Shown piece by piece: positions 41,293-51,409 of a DNA stretch of 64,000 nucleotides. The position numbers and the translations under genes are program-made. Each line of letters opens with the position of its first letter. Position 1 is the stretch's first letter. Under the pieces are notes generated by a model. The model worked only from the letters and a program-made list of their open reading frames with translations. It did no database searches and had not been told where the DNA came from. Origin of the DNA: a bacterium (lineage in GTDB: Bacteria; Desulfobacterota; Binatia; HRBIN30; CADEER01); contig JANNRA010000150.1 of NCBI GenBank assembly GCA_031401035.1, forward strand, positions 6,104-70,103, read 5' to 3'.

Positions 41293-42933
41293 TCAGAAGC
41301 CGATGGCGCAGCCGTCCTTGCGGGGATCGGAGGCGCCCCAGTAGGCGCCCGTGGCCGGGTCGATGGCGATGGCCTGGGCGCCGCCGAAGCCGCCGCGCAG
41401 CAGCGCCATCGCCTCGTCCTCGAGGACGTGGCCGCGGCGCCTCAGCGCGGCGCCGACCTCGCCCTCCAGGCGCGCCTCGAGCGCGACCCGATCGCCGGTG
41501 AAATAATTGAAGCGTGGCCGCTCGATGGCCTCCTGGACGTTGCACCCGCCGTCGACGAGGTGGCTGACCAGCTGCACGTGCCCCTGCGCCTGCATGTCGC
41601 CCCCCATGACGCCGAAGGACGCCAGCGGCCGACCGTCGCGCATGAGCATGGCGGGAATAATGGTGTGGAAGGGCCGCTTACCGGGCGCCAGGCAGTTGGG
41701 GTGTGCGGGGTCGAGCGAGAACCCGTAGCCGCGGTTCTGCAGGGCGATGCCGGTGTCGCCGGCGACCATGCCGGAGCCGAAGGCGTGATAGAGGCTGTTG
41801 ATCAGCGACACGACATTGCCGGCGGCGTCGGCGGTAGTGAGGTAGACGGTGTCCGAGAGGGCGGGCAGCGCGCCGGGGGCGGCGCGCTTGAGCGCCTTGT
41901 CGGGGTGGATCAGGGCGGCGCGGCCCTGCGCATAATCCTTCGACAGCAACCCCGCGACCGGCACGCGCGCATGCTCGGGGTCGGCGATCCAGCGGTTGCG
42001 GTCGGCGAAGGCGAGTTTGATCGCCTCGATCTGCAGGTGGGTGTCGGCATCGAGCGCGCCGCCGAGGGCGAAGTTCTCGAGGATGTTGAGCGCCAGGAGC
42101 GCGGTGAGTCCCTGCCCGTTCGGCGGCAACTCGAAAACGCCGACGCCGCGGTAATCGACGCCGATGGGCTCGACCCACGTCGAGGTGTGATCGGCCAGGT
42201 CGGCGGCGGTGAGCAGGCCGCCGTGCGCCTGCGAACAGGCGCCGATCGCCGCCGCCAGCTCGCCTAGGTAGAAAGCGTTGCGGCCGCCGGCGGCGAGCAG
42301 GCGCAGGGTGCGCGCCAGCGCCGGCAGGCGCATCACCTCGCCGAGGCGCGGCGCCCGCCCATCGAGAGTGAAGGCACGACGCCCGTCGTCGGTCTGCAGC
42401 AGTCCGGCGGCGAAGACCCACTGCGCGGCAATGATCTCACTGACCGCGAAGCCGTGTTCGGCGTACTCGATCGCCGCCGCCAGCACCTCGCCGAGTGAGC
42501 GCGAACCGTGGCGTTCGAGGGCGCAGCACCAGGCGTCGACCGCACCCGGCACGGTGACCGAGAGCATGCCGTGCATCGGCATCGTCGTGTGGCCGCGCGT
42601 CGCCAGCGCCGCGGGAGTCGCCGCGCGCGGCGCCCGACCGCTACCGTTGAGACCGTCGAGGCGCTGCGCGTCGGCGCGCCAGACGAGCATGAAACAGTCG
42701 CCGCCGACGCCGGTCATGAAGGGCTCGACGACGCCCAGCACGGCCGCCGCGCACACCGCCGCGTCGACCGCGTTGCCGCCGCCGCGCAGCATCTCCGCGG
42801 CCGCGAACGACGCCAAGGGCTGGCTGGTGCAGGCCATGCCACCGCGGCCGAGCACCAGCGAACGCTGCGCGCCGCGCGCCGACTCGAGGCGATGCGAGCC
42901 GAACAGCTGCCGGCCGACAGCGCCGCCGCTCAT
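41293..42933 (-). CDS. ggt: Gamma-glutamyltransferase
   Basis: GGNAVDAA, GVGGDCF, LPPNGQG, autocleavage SDTVYLTTAD, KRPFHTIIP, GASDPRKDG. Confidence 0.94.
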   Translation of the reverse strand: MSGGAVGRQLFGSHRLESARGAQRSLVLGRGGMACTSQPLASFAAAEMLRGGGNAVDAAVCAAAVLGVVEPFMTGVGGDCFMLVWRADAQRLDGLNGSGRAPRAATPAALATRGHTTMPMHGMLSVTVPGAVDAWCCALERHGSRSLGEVLAAAIEYAEHGFAVSEIIAAQWVFAAGLLQTDDGRRAFTLDGRAPRLGEVMRLPALARTLRLLAAGGRNAFYLGELAAAIGACSQAHGGLLTAADLADHTSTWVEPIGVDYRGVGVFELPPNGQGLTALLALNILENFALGGALDADTHLQIEAIKLAFADRNRWIADPEHARVPVAGLLSKDYAQGRAALIHPDKALKRAAPGALPALSDTVYLTTADAAGNVVSLINSLYHAFGSGMVAGDTGIALQNRGYGFSLDPAHPNCLAPGKRPFHTIIPAMLMRDGRPLASFGVMGGDMQAQGHVQLVSHLVDGGCNVQEAIERPRFNYFTGDRVALEARLEGEVGAALRRRGHVLEDEAMALLRGGFGGAQAIAIDPATGAYWGASDPRKDGCAIGF

Positions 42934-44012
42934 GCGATGCTGACGCCGTCCGCGGCGAGACCGTCGAGCAGTCGCTGCGGGTCGAAGGCCAGCGCCGGCG
43001 CCAGCACGCCGTGCGCGCGCGCCTCGCCGGCGGCGAGCCACAGGGCGCCCTGGCGGATGATGGCGGCGGTGAGGCCGTAGGGATCACGCCCGTGCAGGAC
43101 GAGGCGACGCGACACCGCCATGCCGGCACGGCTGCCGTGCGCCTCGACGACGAGGTCGAAGCCGTCGCGCCGACGCGTCGCAGCGTCCGGCCCCTCGGTG
43201 CCGGCGCCGAGCCAGCCCGTCGCCAGCGTTCCCAGCGGCGAGCGCGCCAGCACCGGCAGCCACGCCGCGCCGGCCGAGAGCACGCGCGCCGTCAGCCCGG
43301 GCATGCTCATGAAGGTGCGCACCGTGCGGGCGCCGACGTGGCGTGGCACGGTGATCACCTCGGCGCCCGGAAAGCTGAGGGCGGCGACGCGCCCGCGCGG
43401 CGGCACCTCGACCTGCGCCAGATGCAGCCCCGGCGGCTCCGCCACCCAGGCACCGTCGACGAAGGCGCAGCCGCCCTCCTGCAGCATGCGCAGGGCGGAG
43501 CGCTTGGTGCCCTGGCTGGCGTGCAGGCGGGTCGCATAGGTGATCTGCACCCGTTCGACGACGTCCAGGCCGCGCGCCGCCAGCGCCGCGGCGCAGTCGG
43601 CGAGGGCGATCTCGAACGCCAGCGCGGGGACCACCGCGACCCCCTGCGCGCGCGCCCAGGAGTCGTGCACCTGCATGGCCTGGACGAACGGCTGCTCGCC
43701 GGTGGTGTCGACGTAATGGGCGCCGCCGGCGATGGCGGCGCGCACGACCGGCTCGCCGAGGTCGACGAAGGGACCGACGCAATTGACGAGCACCCGCGCG
43801 CGCGCCGCCAGCCTGTCGAGGGAGTGCGGCTCGTCGACGCGCGCCACCAGCACCTCGGCGCCGCCGAGGGTCTTGGCCAGCGCCGCCAGCCGGGCTCGGT
43901 CGCGCCCCGCCAGGAGCAGCGGCGCGCCGCAGCGGTGCAGCTCCTCGGCCACCAGGCGGCCAGTGTACCCGGTGGCGCCGAAGACGGCGATGACATCGCG
44001 CGCAGCTGACAT
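42930..44012 (-). CDS. Saccharopine dehydrogenase-like NAD(P)-binding oxidoreductase
   Basis: VFGATGYTG, NCVGPF...GEPV, HYVDTTGE. Confidence 0.88.
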   Translation of the reverse strand: MSAARDVIAVFGATGYTGRLVAEELHRCGAPLLLAGRDRARLAALAKTLGGAEVLVARVDEPHSLDRLAARARVLVNCVGPFVDLGEPVVRAAIAGGAHYVDTTGEQPFVQAMQVHDSWARAQGVAVVPALAFEIALADCAAALAARGLDVVERVQITYATRLHASQGTKRSALRMLQEGGCAFVDGAWVAEPPGLHLAQVEVPPRGRVAALSFPGAEVITVPRHVGARTVRTFMSMPGLTARVLSAGAAWLPVLARSPLGTLATGWLGAGTEGPDAATRRRDGFDLVVEAHGSRAGMAVSRRLVLHGRDPYGLTAAIIRQGALWLAAGEARAHGVLAPALAFDPQRLLDGLAADGVSIA

Positions 44013-44075
44013 GCGCGGCGCATAGCGCGGCAGCTGGCGGTTGCAAAGGCCGGGGCGAGGCGCTGAAGTGCGGGG

Positions 44076-45755
44076 ATGCAGATGTGGAGGGCGGCGCTGC
44101 TCCTCCTCGCCGCGCCGGCGGTCGCACAGGACGAGACGGTGTTGGTGGCGCTGCGGGCGCCCGCGGCGCGCGTCGCGGCGGCGATGCCGGCGGATGAGGT
44201 GGTGATCGCGCAGACGTTTCGCAGCGTGCCGGGCTTTGTCGCCCGCGTCACGCCGGCGGGGCTGGCCCGCCTGCGAGCGCATCCCGACGTGCTCGCCGTC
44301 GGCCCCGATGGCCTCGGCGATGCGGCGCTCCTGCGCAGCCTACCGCAGGTGCGTGCCGAGCGCGTGCGGGCACGCGGCGTCGGCGGGCGCGGCGTCACCA
44401 TCGCGGTCATCGACACCGGCGTCGACGCCACCCATCCCGACATTGCCGACGCGCTGGTGCACGAGGAGTGCTTCTGCAAGGGCGGTACGGTCGGTGGCGT
44501 GACGCGGCGCCCCTGCTGCCCGAACGGCGAGGCGCGCGCCTCCGGCCCCGGCAGCGCCGCCAGCCACGACCCGCATGGACCGCACGTCGCCGGCATCGCC
44601 CTGTCGCGCGGCCGCGTCGCCGCCAGCGGCGTCGCGCCCGAGGCGGCGCTGGTGGCAGTGAAGGTGCTCGACGAGCGCAATCGCGGCTTTCTCTCGGACT
44701 GGATCGCCGCGCTCGATTGGATCGCCAGCGAGCGCGGCGCCGTGCGGGTGGTGAACATGAGCCTGGTCAGCCGGGCGCTCTACGCCGGCGCCTGCGAGGA
44801 GACCTGTCGCGGCCAGTCGGCCTGTGCCGTGCCGCTGCTCTTTGCCGAGGTGATCGACCGGCTGTGGTCGCGCGGCACGCTGGTCGTCGCCGCCAGCGGC
44901 AATGGTAACCGCATCAACGCCATGAACGCGCCGGCGTGCGTCGGGCGCGCCCTCGCCGTCGGTGCGGTCGACGGCGCCGACCGCCTGGCGGACTTCACCA
45001 ACCGCAGCGACGGCATCGACCTGCTGGCGCCCGGCGTCGGCATCATCTCCGACGGCCTCGCCGGCGGCCTCACCGAGTTGTCCGGGACCTCGATGGCGGC
45101 GCCGCACGTCGCCGGCGCCGCGGCGCTGCTGTTGGCGGCGCGGCCGGGGTTGACCGCCCAGGCGGCGGCGGCGCTGCTGACCGGCAGCGGGGTGGCGATC
45201 GGCGACCCCCGCGGCGGCCGCGTCATCCCGCGCCTCGACGCCTTCGCCGCCTTTGTCGCAGCGCAGCGCGCCCCCGAGCTCATCCGCGGCGGCGGCGGCC
45301 GTAGTGCCGACTGCCTGCTCGAGCTGTCCGTGGTGCCCGCGGATGCGGTGCGGTCGGGCGCGCGCGCGATCGCCGCCTGCGTCGACGACGACCCGCGCTG
45401 CGACGGCGACCGGGTCCCCGGCCAGTGCACCTTCGCGGTTTCAGTGTGCAGCAACGTGCGCGACCCGCTGTTGCGCGCCTGCCGCACCGACGAGCCGCTC
45501 ACCGGTTTCGCCATCTTCGCCCCCGACATCGACGCCCCGGCCGGGTCGCTCGACCGCGCCAACGCCGATGCCCTCGCCTTCGCCCTGCCCGACTTTCCCT
45601 TCGGCGGCGAGAACGTCTGCAGCATCGCTGCCCCCTTCGTCGTCGCCCGCCCGCGCTCGGATAGGCCGGGCGCCGCAGAGATCCGCATGCGCGTCTCCAC
45701 CGCCACCCGTGGCGACTACGATCGCGTTCGGTTTCGCTGCGACCCGCCGAGGTGA
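44076..45755 (+). CDS. Secreted S8 subtilisin-like serine protease with Cys-rich C-terminal domain
   Basis: Signal peptide; triad VIDTG, HGPHVAG, GTSMAAPHVAG. Confidence 0.9.
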   Translation: MQMWRAALLLLAAPAVAQDETVLVALRAPAARVAAAMPADEVVIAQTFRSVPGFVARVTPAGLARLRAHPDVLAVGPDGLGDAALLRSLPQVRAERVRARGVGGRGVTIAVIDTGVDATHPDIADALVHEECFCKGGTVGGVTRRPCCPNGEARASGPGSAASHDPHGPHVAGIALSRGRVAASGVAPEAALVAVKVLDERNRGFLSDWIAALDWIASERGAVRVVNMSLVSRALYAGACEETCRGQSACAVPLLFAEVIDRLWSRGTLVVAASGNGNRINAMNAPACVGRALAVGAVDGADRLADFTNRSDGIDLLAPGVGIISDGLAGGLTELSGTSMAAPHVAGAAALLLAARPGLTAQAAAALLTGSGVAIGDPRGGRVIPRLDAFAAFVAAQRAPELIRGGGGRSADCLLELSVVPADAVRSGARAIAACVDDDPRCDGDRVPGQCTFAVSVCSNVRDPLLRACRTDEPLTGFAIFAPDIDAPAGSLDRANADALAFALPDFPFGGENVCSIAAPFVVARPRSDRPGAAEIRMRVSTATRGDYDRVRFRCDPPR

Positions 45756-45814
45756 GCGTCGCGGTGTCGATACGCCGGGTTGCAGTTCCTCGCTGACTGA
45801 GGTGGAAGAGCCGT

Positions 45815-46735
45815 ATGCGCATCGGCATCGGCATCGGCGAGATCAGCAACGAGAAATCCGGCATCGACGGCATCCTCGCCCAGGCGCAACGCGCCGAGCG
45901 CGACGGCTTCGCCAGCGGTTGGTTTGCCAACGTCTTCGGCGTCGATGCCATCACCATGGCGGCGTTGTGCGGTCGCGTCACGACGACGCTCGAGCTCGGC
46001 ACCGCCGTCGTGCCGACCTACCCGCGCCATCCGCACGCCATGGCGCAGCAGGCCCTCACCGCGCAGGCCGCCTGCGGAGGCCGCTTCACGCTCGGCATCG
46101 GCCTCTCGCACCAGATCGTCATCGAGATGATGCTCGGCCTGTCCTATGCCAAGTCTTACTCGCACATGCGCGACTATCTGGCGGTGCTGGCGCCGCTGAT
46201 CCGCACCGGCAACGTCAGCCATGCCGGCGACGCATATCGCGTCAACGCCAACCTCAGCATTCCCGGCGCGACGCCGTGCCCGATCCTCGTCGCCGCCCTG
46301 GCGCCGAAGATGCTCGCGTTGGCGGGCGCCGTGGCGGACGGCACCGTGACCTGGATGACCGGCCCGAAGACGGTGCGCGAGCACATCATCCCGCGCATTG
46401 CCGACGCCGCCGCCGCGGCCGGACGGCCGGCGCCGCGCGTCGTCGTCGGCCTGCCGATCGCGGTGACCAGCGACGTCGCCGCCGCGCGCGAGACGGCAGC
46501 GCGCATGTTTCAGGTGTACGGCGGGCTGCCGTCTTACCGCGCCATGCTCGACCGCGAGGGCGCCGATGGCCCCGCCGACGTGGCCCTGGTCGGCGACGAG
46601 GCCGCCGTCGGCGAACAACTGGTGCAACTGCGCGCCGCCGGCGCCACCGACTTTCTCGCCGCGCCGTTCGCGGTCGGCGCCGACGCGCCGGCATCGCTCG
46701 AGCGCACCCGCGCGCTGCTGCTGCGCGCGCGCTAA
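45815..46735 (+). CDS. LLM-class F420-dependent oxidoreductase
   Basis: ELGTAVVPTYPRHP, GRFTLGIGLSH, AALAPKML, LPSYRAML. Confidence 0.9.
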   Translation: MRIGIGIGEISNEKSGIDGILAQAQRAERDGFASGWFANVFGVDAITMAALCGRVTTTLELGTAVVPTYPRHPHAMAQQALTAQAACGGRFTLGIGLSHQIVIEMMLGLSYAKSYSHMRDYLAVLAPLIRTGNVSHAGDAYRVNANLSIPGATPCPILVAALAPKMLALAGAVADGTVTWMTGPKTVREHIIPRIADAAAAAGRPAPRVVVGLPIAVTSDVAAARETAARMFQVYGGLPSYRAMLDREGADGPADVALVGDEAAVGEQLVQLRAAGATDFLAAPFAVGADAPASLERTRALLLRAR

Positions 46736-46748
46736 GGCGCGCCTCCGG

Positions 46749-47036
46749 TTACGAACGCGGCGGCGTGAACTCGAAAGCGAGTTGGTGCCGCTTAGCGGTG
46801 TTGCAGGGTTTGCACGCCGGCACGACATTGCCCTTGGTCGAACGCCCGCCGCGCACGATCGGCACCAGGTGGTCCATCGTCAGCGCGCCGGCGCCGACCA
46901 CCGCCTCGCAGTAGTGGCACACGCCGGCCGCACAACGCTGCTTCCACCACGGCGAGGCGCGCAACTCGCGCGCCTTGGCACGCTCGCGCCGCATCGTCAC
47001 ATCGTCCACCTCGACGAGGAAGCCGTCGTTGCTCAC
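46749..47036 (-). CDS. Small HNH endonuclease
   Basis: RRERAKARELRASPWW, CHYC, LTMDHLVP..RGG.STKGNVVPACKPCN. Confidence 0.87.
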   Translation of the reverse strand: MSNDGFLVEVDDVTMRRERAKARELRASPWWKQRCAAGVCHYCEAVVGAGALTMDHLVPIVRGGRSTKGNVVPACKPCNTAKRHQLAFEFTPPRS

Positions 47037-47196
47037 GTCCGTAGCCAACCACAGGCGGGCACGCGTCTCCAAATGTCGATGCGTTTCTTCAATAGCGCGC
47101 TGCCCGGCCTCCGGGGCGCGGGCGACCGAGTCGACCAACGGCGCCTCGGATGGGATGGCGGGTCGTCGAGCGTCACGCACCGGGCAATGCGCTCGC

Positions 47197-47376
47197 CTAC
47201 TTGTCGACCGCGTCTTTCACGCTGGTACCGGCCGTCGCCACCGCGTCGGCCCCCTGCTCGGCGGCCTTGTCGATCTTCTCGCCGACCTGCTCCGCCGGCC
47301 CCTTCTCTTTGCAACTCGTGGTCGTGAACGCGGCAACCGCCAGCAGCACGACCAGAGTCATTCGTATTGATCGCAT
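47197..47376 (-). CDS. Small lipoprotein (KGPAEQVGEKID type)
   Basis: Hydrophobic signal ending TTSC, then KEKGPAEQVGEKIDKA. Confidence 0.7.
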   Translation of the reverse strand: MRSIRMTLVVLLAVAAFTTTSCKEKGPAEQVGEKIDKAAEQGADAVATAGTSVKDAVDK

Positions 47377-47495
47377 CGTCGTCGTCCTTCCCAATCGCCA
47401 CGGTGGTGACCGGTCGGCAGTTGAAACCGGCCGGTCAGGAACAGGATCGGCACCACCATGATCCTCCTCATTGTGCAGGTTTTCCGAGGCAACCA

Positions 47496-48377
47496 TCAAT
47501 TGCCCAGGAACGTGTCGAGCCCCACGCTCGTCAGTCCGCGCTCGTCGAGCAGCGCAACGAGCCGTGGCAGCGCGCGCACGGACGCCGGTTCGAAGTCATC
47601 GTGTTCGGCGGCATCATGCAGCAGCACGATCGCGCCGTCGGCGAGCGTTTGGCTGACGCGATTGACGACCGCGCCGGGGTCTCGACCGCGAATCCCGTCG
47701 TAGCCGCGAGACGACCACCCGATCAGCGTCACGCCCGCATCGCGCGCGCCGCGGACCGTCGTCAGGCTGGTGTGGCCGAGAGGGGGGCGGAAGAATCGGG
47801 GGCGCACGCCCGTTGCGGCGTCGACCGCGTCCCGCGCCTGGGCAATCTGGTCGCGGACAGACCACGGCATCCGGAAGGAGTGCAACCGATCGTGGAACTC
47901 CCCGTGCAGCCCGAGCGTATGGCCGCCCGCGTGGATCTCCCGGACGACGTCCGGATGGCGGCGCGCCTTCTCGCCCAGCACGAAGAACGTCGCCCGGTGG
48001 CGCGTCGGCGCGAGGACGTCGAGTACGCGTCGCGTCGTGACCGGGTGAGGTCCATCGTCGAAGGTGAGGGCTACGCGCGCGCTCCCCGCCGGGAGATGGC
48101 AGACGATGCGACCGAACATCTCGAGCCGCGGGAGGCAGACCCCGGTGACGGCCACCGCGCCCCAGCCGAGCGCGCACAGCGCGACCAGCCCCGGCTCGGC
48201 GCGCACCGCGGCCTGCGCCGCAACTCCGCCGAAGCCCGCGGTAGACGCCGCGAACGCCAAGCGGGCCAGGCTGCTTATCAGTGCTCGCGGCGACCCGCCG
48301 CGGACGTCGTCAATGGAGCCTGCCATCGACTGACAGCATAGCGCGTCGCGGCCGTGCCACAATTCAAGTGGGAGCAC
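47496..48377 (-). CDS. Polysaccharide deacetylase (CE4/NodB) with N-terminal TM region (start uncertain)
   Basis: ALTFDDGP, ATFFV, HG..H, FRPPLG, IVLLHD. Confidence 0.88.
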   Translation of the reverse strand: MLPLELWHGRDALCCQSMAGSIDDVRGGSPRALISSLARLAFAASTAGFGGVAAQAAVRAEPGLVALCALGWGAVAVTGVCLPRLEMFGRIVCHLPAGSARVALTFDDGPHPVTTRRVLDVLAPTRHRATFFVLGEKARRHPDVVREIHAGGHTLGLHGEFHDRLHSFRMPWSVRDQIAQARDAVDAATGVRPRFFRPPLGHTSLTTVRGARDAGVTLIGWSSRGYDGIRGRDPGAVVNRVSQTLADGAIVLLHDAAEHDDFEPASVRALPRLVALLDERGLTSVGLDTFLGN

Positions 48378-48493
48378 TGAGGTAAAATTACCTACATCTC
48401 CTTGTCTTGTATCGGCCCCGTACCGAACGTGCTAGCTGGTGTGTGTTACGCACACTCCGATGCGTCGAGCATCGGACCGGACATGGAGGACAG

Positions 48494-48817
48494 ATGGCAG
48501 CAAGACTTGTGTGGTTCGGCGCAATGGGGTTGGTGGCCTGCCTCGGCGGGTGCATGATCGTCGACGCGCCGATTCGGGGCGTGTTCGGGACCGAGGTTAT
48601 CTGGGGCGACGTGGCCGGCAAGGCGGCCACGGCCAACACCGAGAAGCAGGGAAAGGCCTGTGCGAAGTCGATTCTCGGCCTGATCGCCAAGGGCGACGCC
48701 AGCGTGCGTGCGGCCAAGGAGAACGGGGGCATCACCGAGGTCACTACCATCGATCACTCGGCGAGAAACTTCTTCGGCATCGTCGGCGAGTGGTGCACGC
48801 TGGTGAGGGGAAACTAG
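48494..48817 (+). CDS. TRL-like family lipoprotein
   Basis: Lipobox LGGC; GKACAKSILGLIAKGDASVRAAKENGGI..IDH; GGAGG SD. Confidence 0.8.
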   Translation: MAARLVWFGAMGLVACLGGCMIVDAPIRGVFGTEVIWGDVAGKAATANTEKQGKACAKSILGLIAKGDASVRAAKENGGITEVTTIDHSARNFFGIVGEWCTLVRGN

Positions 48818-48872
48818 CCGTCGCGTCCGACTCGGCGGCCGGCGGTGGACCCAACCGGCCGCGACAGCCTCT

Positions 48873-49868
48873 GTGAAAATCGTGCGGCTTCGTGACGCGG
48901 TGCGCTTCGACAGTGGCCGGTGGCGGCGCATGGCTGAGCTCGGCTGCGTGTACGGCCCCGAGTGGTGGCGGCGCGGTTTGCCGCCGGTGATCGCGGCGAT
49001 CATCTTTTCGATCGCGCCCGAGCAGCGTGCCGCCGTCCTGCGCAACCAACGACAGCTGCGAGGGTCGCGCGGCTGGCTCCGCGAGGGCTGGCACGCCTAC
49101 CGCGTGTTCGCCGAGTGCGCGCGCTCGATGACCGAGAGCCTCGAGCAATGGGGCCCGCGCCCGCCGCGGCTCACGCTCGAAGTACCGGCGCTGGATATCT
49201 TCCGCGCGGCGCTCGCCGAGGGTCGTGGGCTCGTGATCTCGACCGCCCACTTCGGCGGCTGGGAGGTCGGGGCCCGCTTCCTCTCCGATCTCGGTCGGCC
49301 GGCGAACATCGTGACGGCGCACGAGCGGAACCCCACCGCACGCGACGTCGTTCACCGCCTTCGCAACCGCCACGGTGTCAACGTGATCTACTCCGACCAG
49401 TCGGTGTTTGCCAGCCTGCCGGTCCTGCAGGCGCTGCGCCGCAATGAAGTCATCGGGATGCAGTTCGATCCCTGGGGGCAGCCGCGGGGCGCACGAGCGA
49501 TCGAGTTCTGCGGTCGCCCGGCGCCGTTCCAGGTGGGCCCGTTCGCCATCGCCCGCGTGGCACGCGCGCCGATCATCCCGATGTTCGCCGTCCGGACGGG
49601 CATCCGTCGTTACGAGATGCGGACGGCCGGGCGGTTCGATCCCCGCACCGCGGCGGACAGCGCCGCCGCGTTCACGGCCACGGTGCGCACCTTCGAGCGC
49701 CTCGTCCGCGAGCATCCCGAGCAGTGGCTGATGTTCCAGGACGTCTGGCACGACGCCGCGGCCCGGGCGGTGCCGCCCCGGACGTCACGAACCGAACTCC
49801 CCCTAAGCGCGGCTGATCCGGGCGTCCGTGCCTCCGATGGTCACGCCGTCACGCACCGGTCCGACTGA
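48873..49868 (+). CDS. Lysophospholipid/lipid A-type acyltransferase
   Basis: TAHFGGWEV (HxxxxE), EFCG..APF..GP, HPEQWLMF. Confidence 0.85.
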   Translation: MKIVRLRDAVRFDSGRWRRMAELGCVYGPEWWRRGLPPVIAAIIFSIAPEQRAAVLRNQRQLRGSRGWLREGWHAYRVFAECARSMTESLEQWGPRPPRLTLEVPALDIFRAALAEGRGLVISTAHFGGWEVGARFLSDLGRPANIVTAHERNPTARDVVHRLRNRHGVNVIYSDQSVFASLPVLQALRRNEVIGMQFDPWGQPRGARAIEFCGRPAPFQVGPFAIARVARAPIIPMFAVRTGIRRYEMRTAGRFDPRTAADSAAAFTATVRTFERLVREHPEQWLMFQDVWHDAAARAVPPRTSRTELPLSAADPGVRASDGHAVTHRSD

Positions 49869-49881
49869 GCTCACACCCGGC

Positions 49882-50646
49882 TCAGTGGTGCGCCGCGGCG
49901 CCCCGGGCGCGACGCCGGCAGACGAGAAGAATCTCGTCCACCTTCGCAACATCGGGCAGGCCTGGCACCCAGGCGAGGCGCCGCTGCAGGAGGAGCCCGA
50001 GCGGCAACAAGAACCTGTTGTACCATCGCATAGCCTTGACGCGCCGCTCCGTCAGCCCCCATACGGCGAAATCGGTGAGTCGCTGGCTGCGCGGCTGCAT
50101 GCCGAAGACCGCGCTCTGCTCGAGCACGAAGGCGTGCGCATCCAAAATGGTCAGGATGTCGTCCGGGTCGTAACGTCGCACGTGCCCCACGAGATCGTCG
50201 AAAGCGCTCCACCGCGCGGGATGCAGCGGGACCGACACGATCACCCTGGCATCGTCCCGAGCGATCCGGGCGAGCTCGTGGAAAACGTGCCGGTCGTCCG
50301 CGACGTGTTCGACGATGTCGAAGGCGCAGATCAGGTCGAAGGTGCGGTCGTCGAACGGCAGGGCCGCGATGTCACCGACCGCCGCAAGGCCCCCTTGGGC
50401 GTTGAGGCGGGACAGCGCGGGTCGGCTGATGTCCACGAAGCGGGTCCCCGCGATCGGGAGCCGCGGATGCAGGCCCGGGCCGATCTCGAGGCGCGCCGAC
50501 GTCCCAGCCGCGAACGCCGAGAGCAGCGGCCACGTGTTGAACCGCTGCGGCGCGATCACCTCACTCGTCGACCAGAGCGCGTCGTAGAAGCGTCGGTTGG
50601 CGGCAACCGTCTGTGACGTTGCGTGCCGCGCACCTGCTGACTGCAT
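49882..50646 (-). CDS. Class I SAM-dependent methyltransferase
   Basis: LEIGPG, ALPFDDRTFD, FDIVEHV, GHVRRY. Confidence 0.82.
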   Translation of the reverse strand: MQSAGARHATSQTVAANRRFYDALWSTSEVIAPQRFNTWPLLSAFAAGTSARLEIGPGLHPRLPIAGTRFVDISRPALSRLNAQGGLAAVGDIAALPFDDRTFDLICAFDIVEHVADDRHVFHELARIARDDARVIVSVPLHPARWSAFDDLVGHVRRYDPDDILTILDAHAFVLEQSAVFGMQPRSQRLTDFAVWGLTERRVKAMRWYNRFLLPLGLLLQRRLAWVPGLPDVAKVDEILLVCRRRARGAAAHH

Positions 50647-50709
50647 GGGTCAGCAAAGCCAGGCTGGCGTTCCCAGTCAATCCCGCCCCAGCGCCACCTC
50701 GGGCGCGCC

Positions 50710-50883
50710 TCACCCGCACGCGAAGACGCCTTTGAACCAATCAATGACGTCTTCCACCGTCTGCTTGACGCTCCCGGTCGCCTGATCGACACGTCCCTTC
50801 CGCTTCAGCTTCGCGTTGCCGGTCAGGGCACCCGCAGCCTCCTTCACGCGTCCCTTCAGTTTGTCCGACTTGCCACTGGCCAT
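50710..50883 (-). CDS. csbD: CsbD-family stress protein
   Basis: DKLKGRVKEAAGALTGN..LK.KG..DQ..G; AGGAG SD. Confidence 0.85.
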   Translation of the reverse strand: MASGKSDKLKGRVKEAAGALTGNAKLKRKGRVDQATGSVKQTVEDVIDWFKGVFACG

Positions 50884-50913
50884 GGTCGATTCTCCTCTCC
50901 TCGAGTTGAGTGC

Positions 50914-50929
50914 AGCAACGGCCGTGCCC
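50914..50929 (-). promoter_or_regulatory. Sigma-54 -24/-12 promoter upstream of csbD
   Basis: Minus strand GGGCAC-GGCCG-TTGCT. Confidence 0.6.
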
Positions 50930-51011
50930 CAGGCCCCGCCTGCTCCGCTCGACCCCTTTCGAGCGGCGAACAACCAGGAATGGGAACGCTGCCCGCTTCG
51001 ATTGGGAACGT

Positions 51012-51374
51012 TCAGTCGACTGGCGTTCCGTGCCGGCGGCTGACGTACGCGGCGACGACCACGGCGACGACCATGGCGAGCACCGCGACGAGCAGGGCGT
51101 ACAGATAGGCCACGATGCCGAGGACGAACCCCTCGACGAGCCACGTGACGGCGACCACCACGCCGAGCAGCACCACCGCACCGGCGGCCCACGACTGATC
51201 GCGCCACACGCCAACGGCGGCCGCGAGTGCACAGAGCGCTTGCAGGACGAAGCCGATCAGCAACACCGGCACGGGCTGACCGAGCAGCATCGCTGGAATG
51301 TAGGCCGCGATGTACAGACCGAATCCCGCCAGCGCGACGGCGATCAGGAGCAGCACGGTCGAACGGTCATTCAT
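51012..51374 (-). CDS. Four-TM hypothetical membrane protein
   Basis: Four hydrophobic helices; GGGAG upstream. Confidence 0.65.
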   Translation of the reverse strand: MNDRSTVLLLIAVALAGFGLYIAAYIPAMLLGQPVPVLLIGFVLQALCALAAAVGVWRDQSWAAGAVVLLGVVVAVTWLVEGFVLGIVAYLYALLVAVLAMVVAVVVAAYVSRRHGTPVD

Positions 51375-51409
51375 GCGCGCCACCCGTTCTCCCTCGGTTG
51401 CGACCCGCG

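Noticed and set aside
46749-47036. HNH gene as a homing endonuclease or defence system
   Set aside because: Stand-alone small HNH with no intron, methylase or partner gene; its position at the edge of the accessory region may be coincidental
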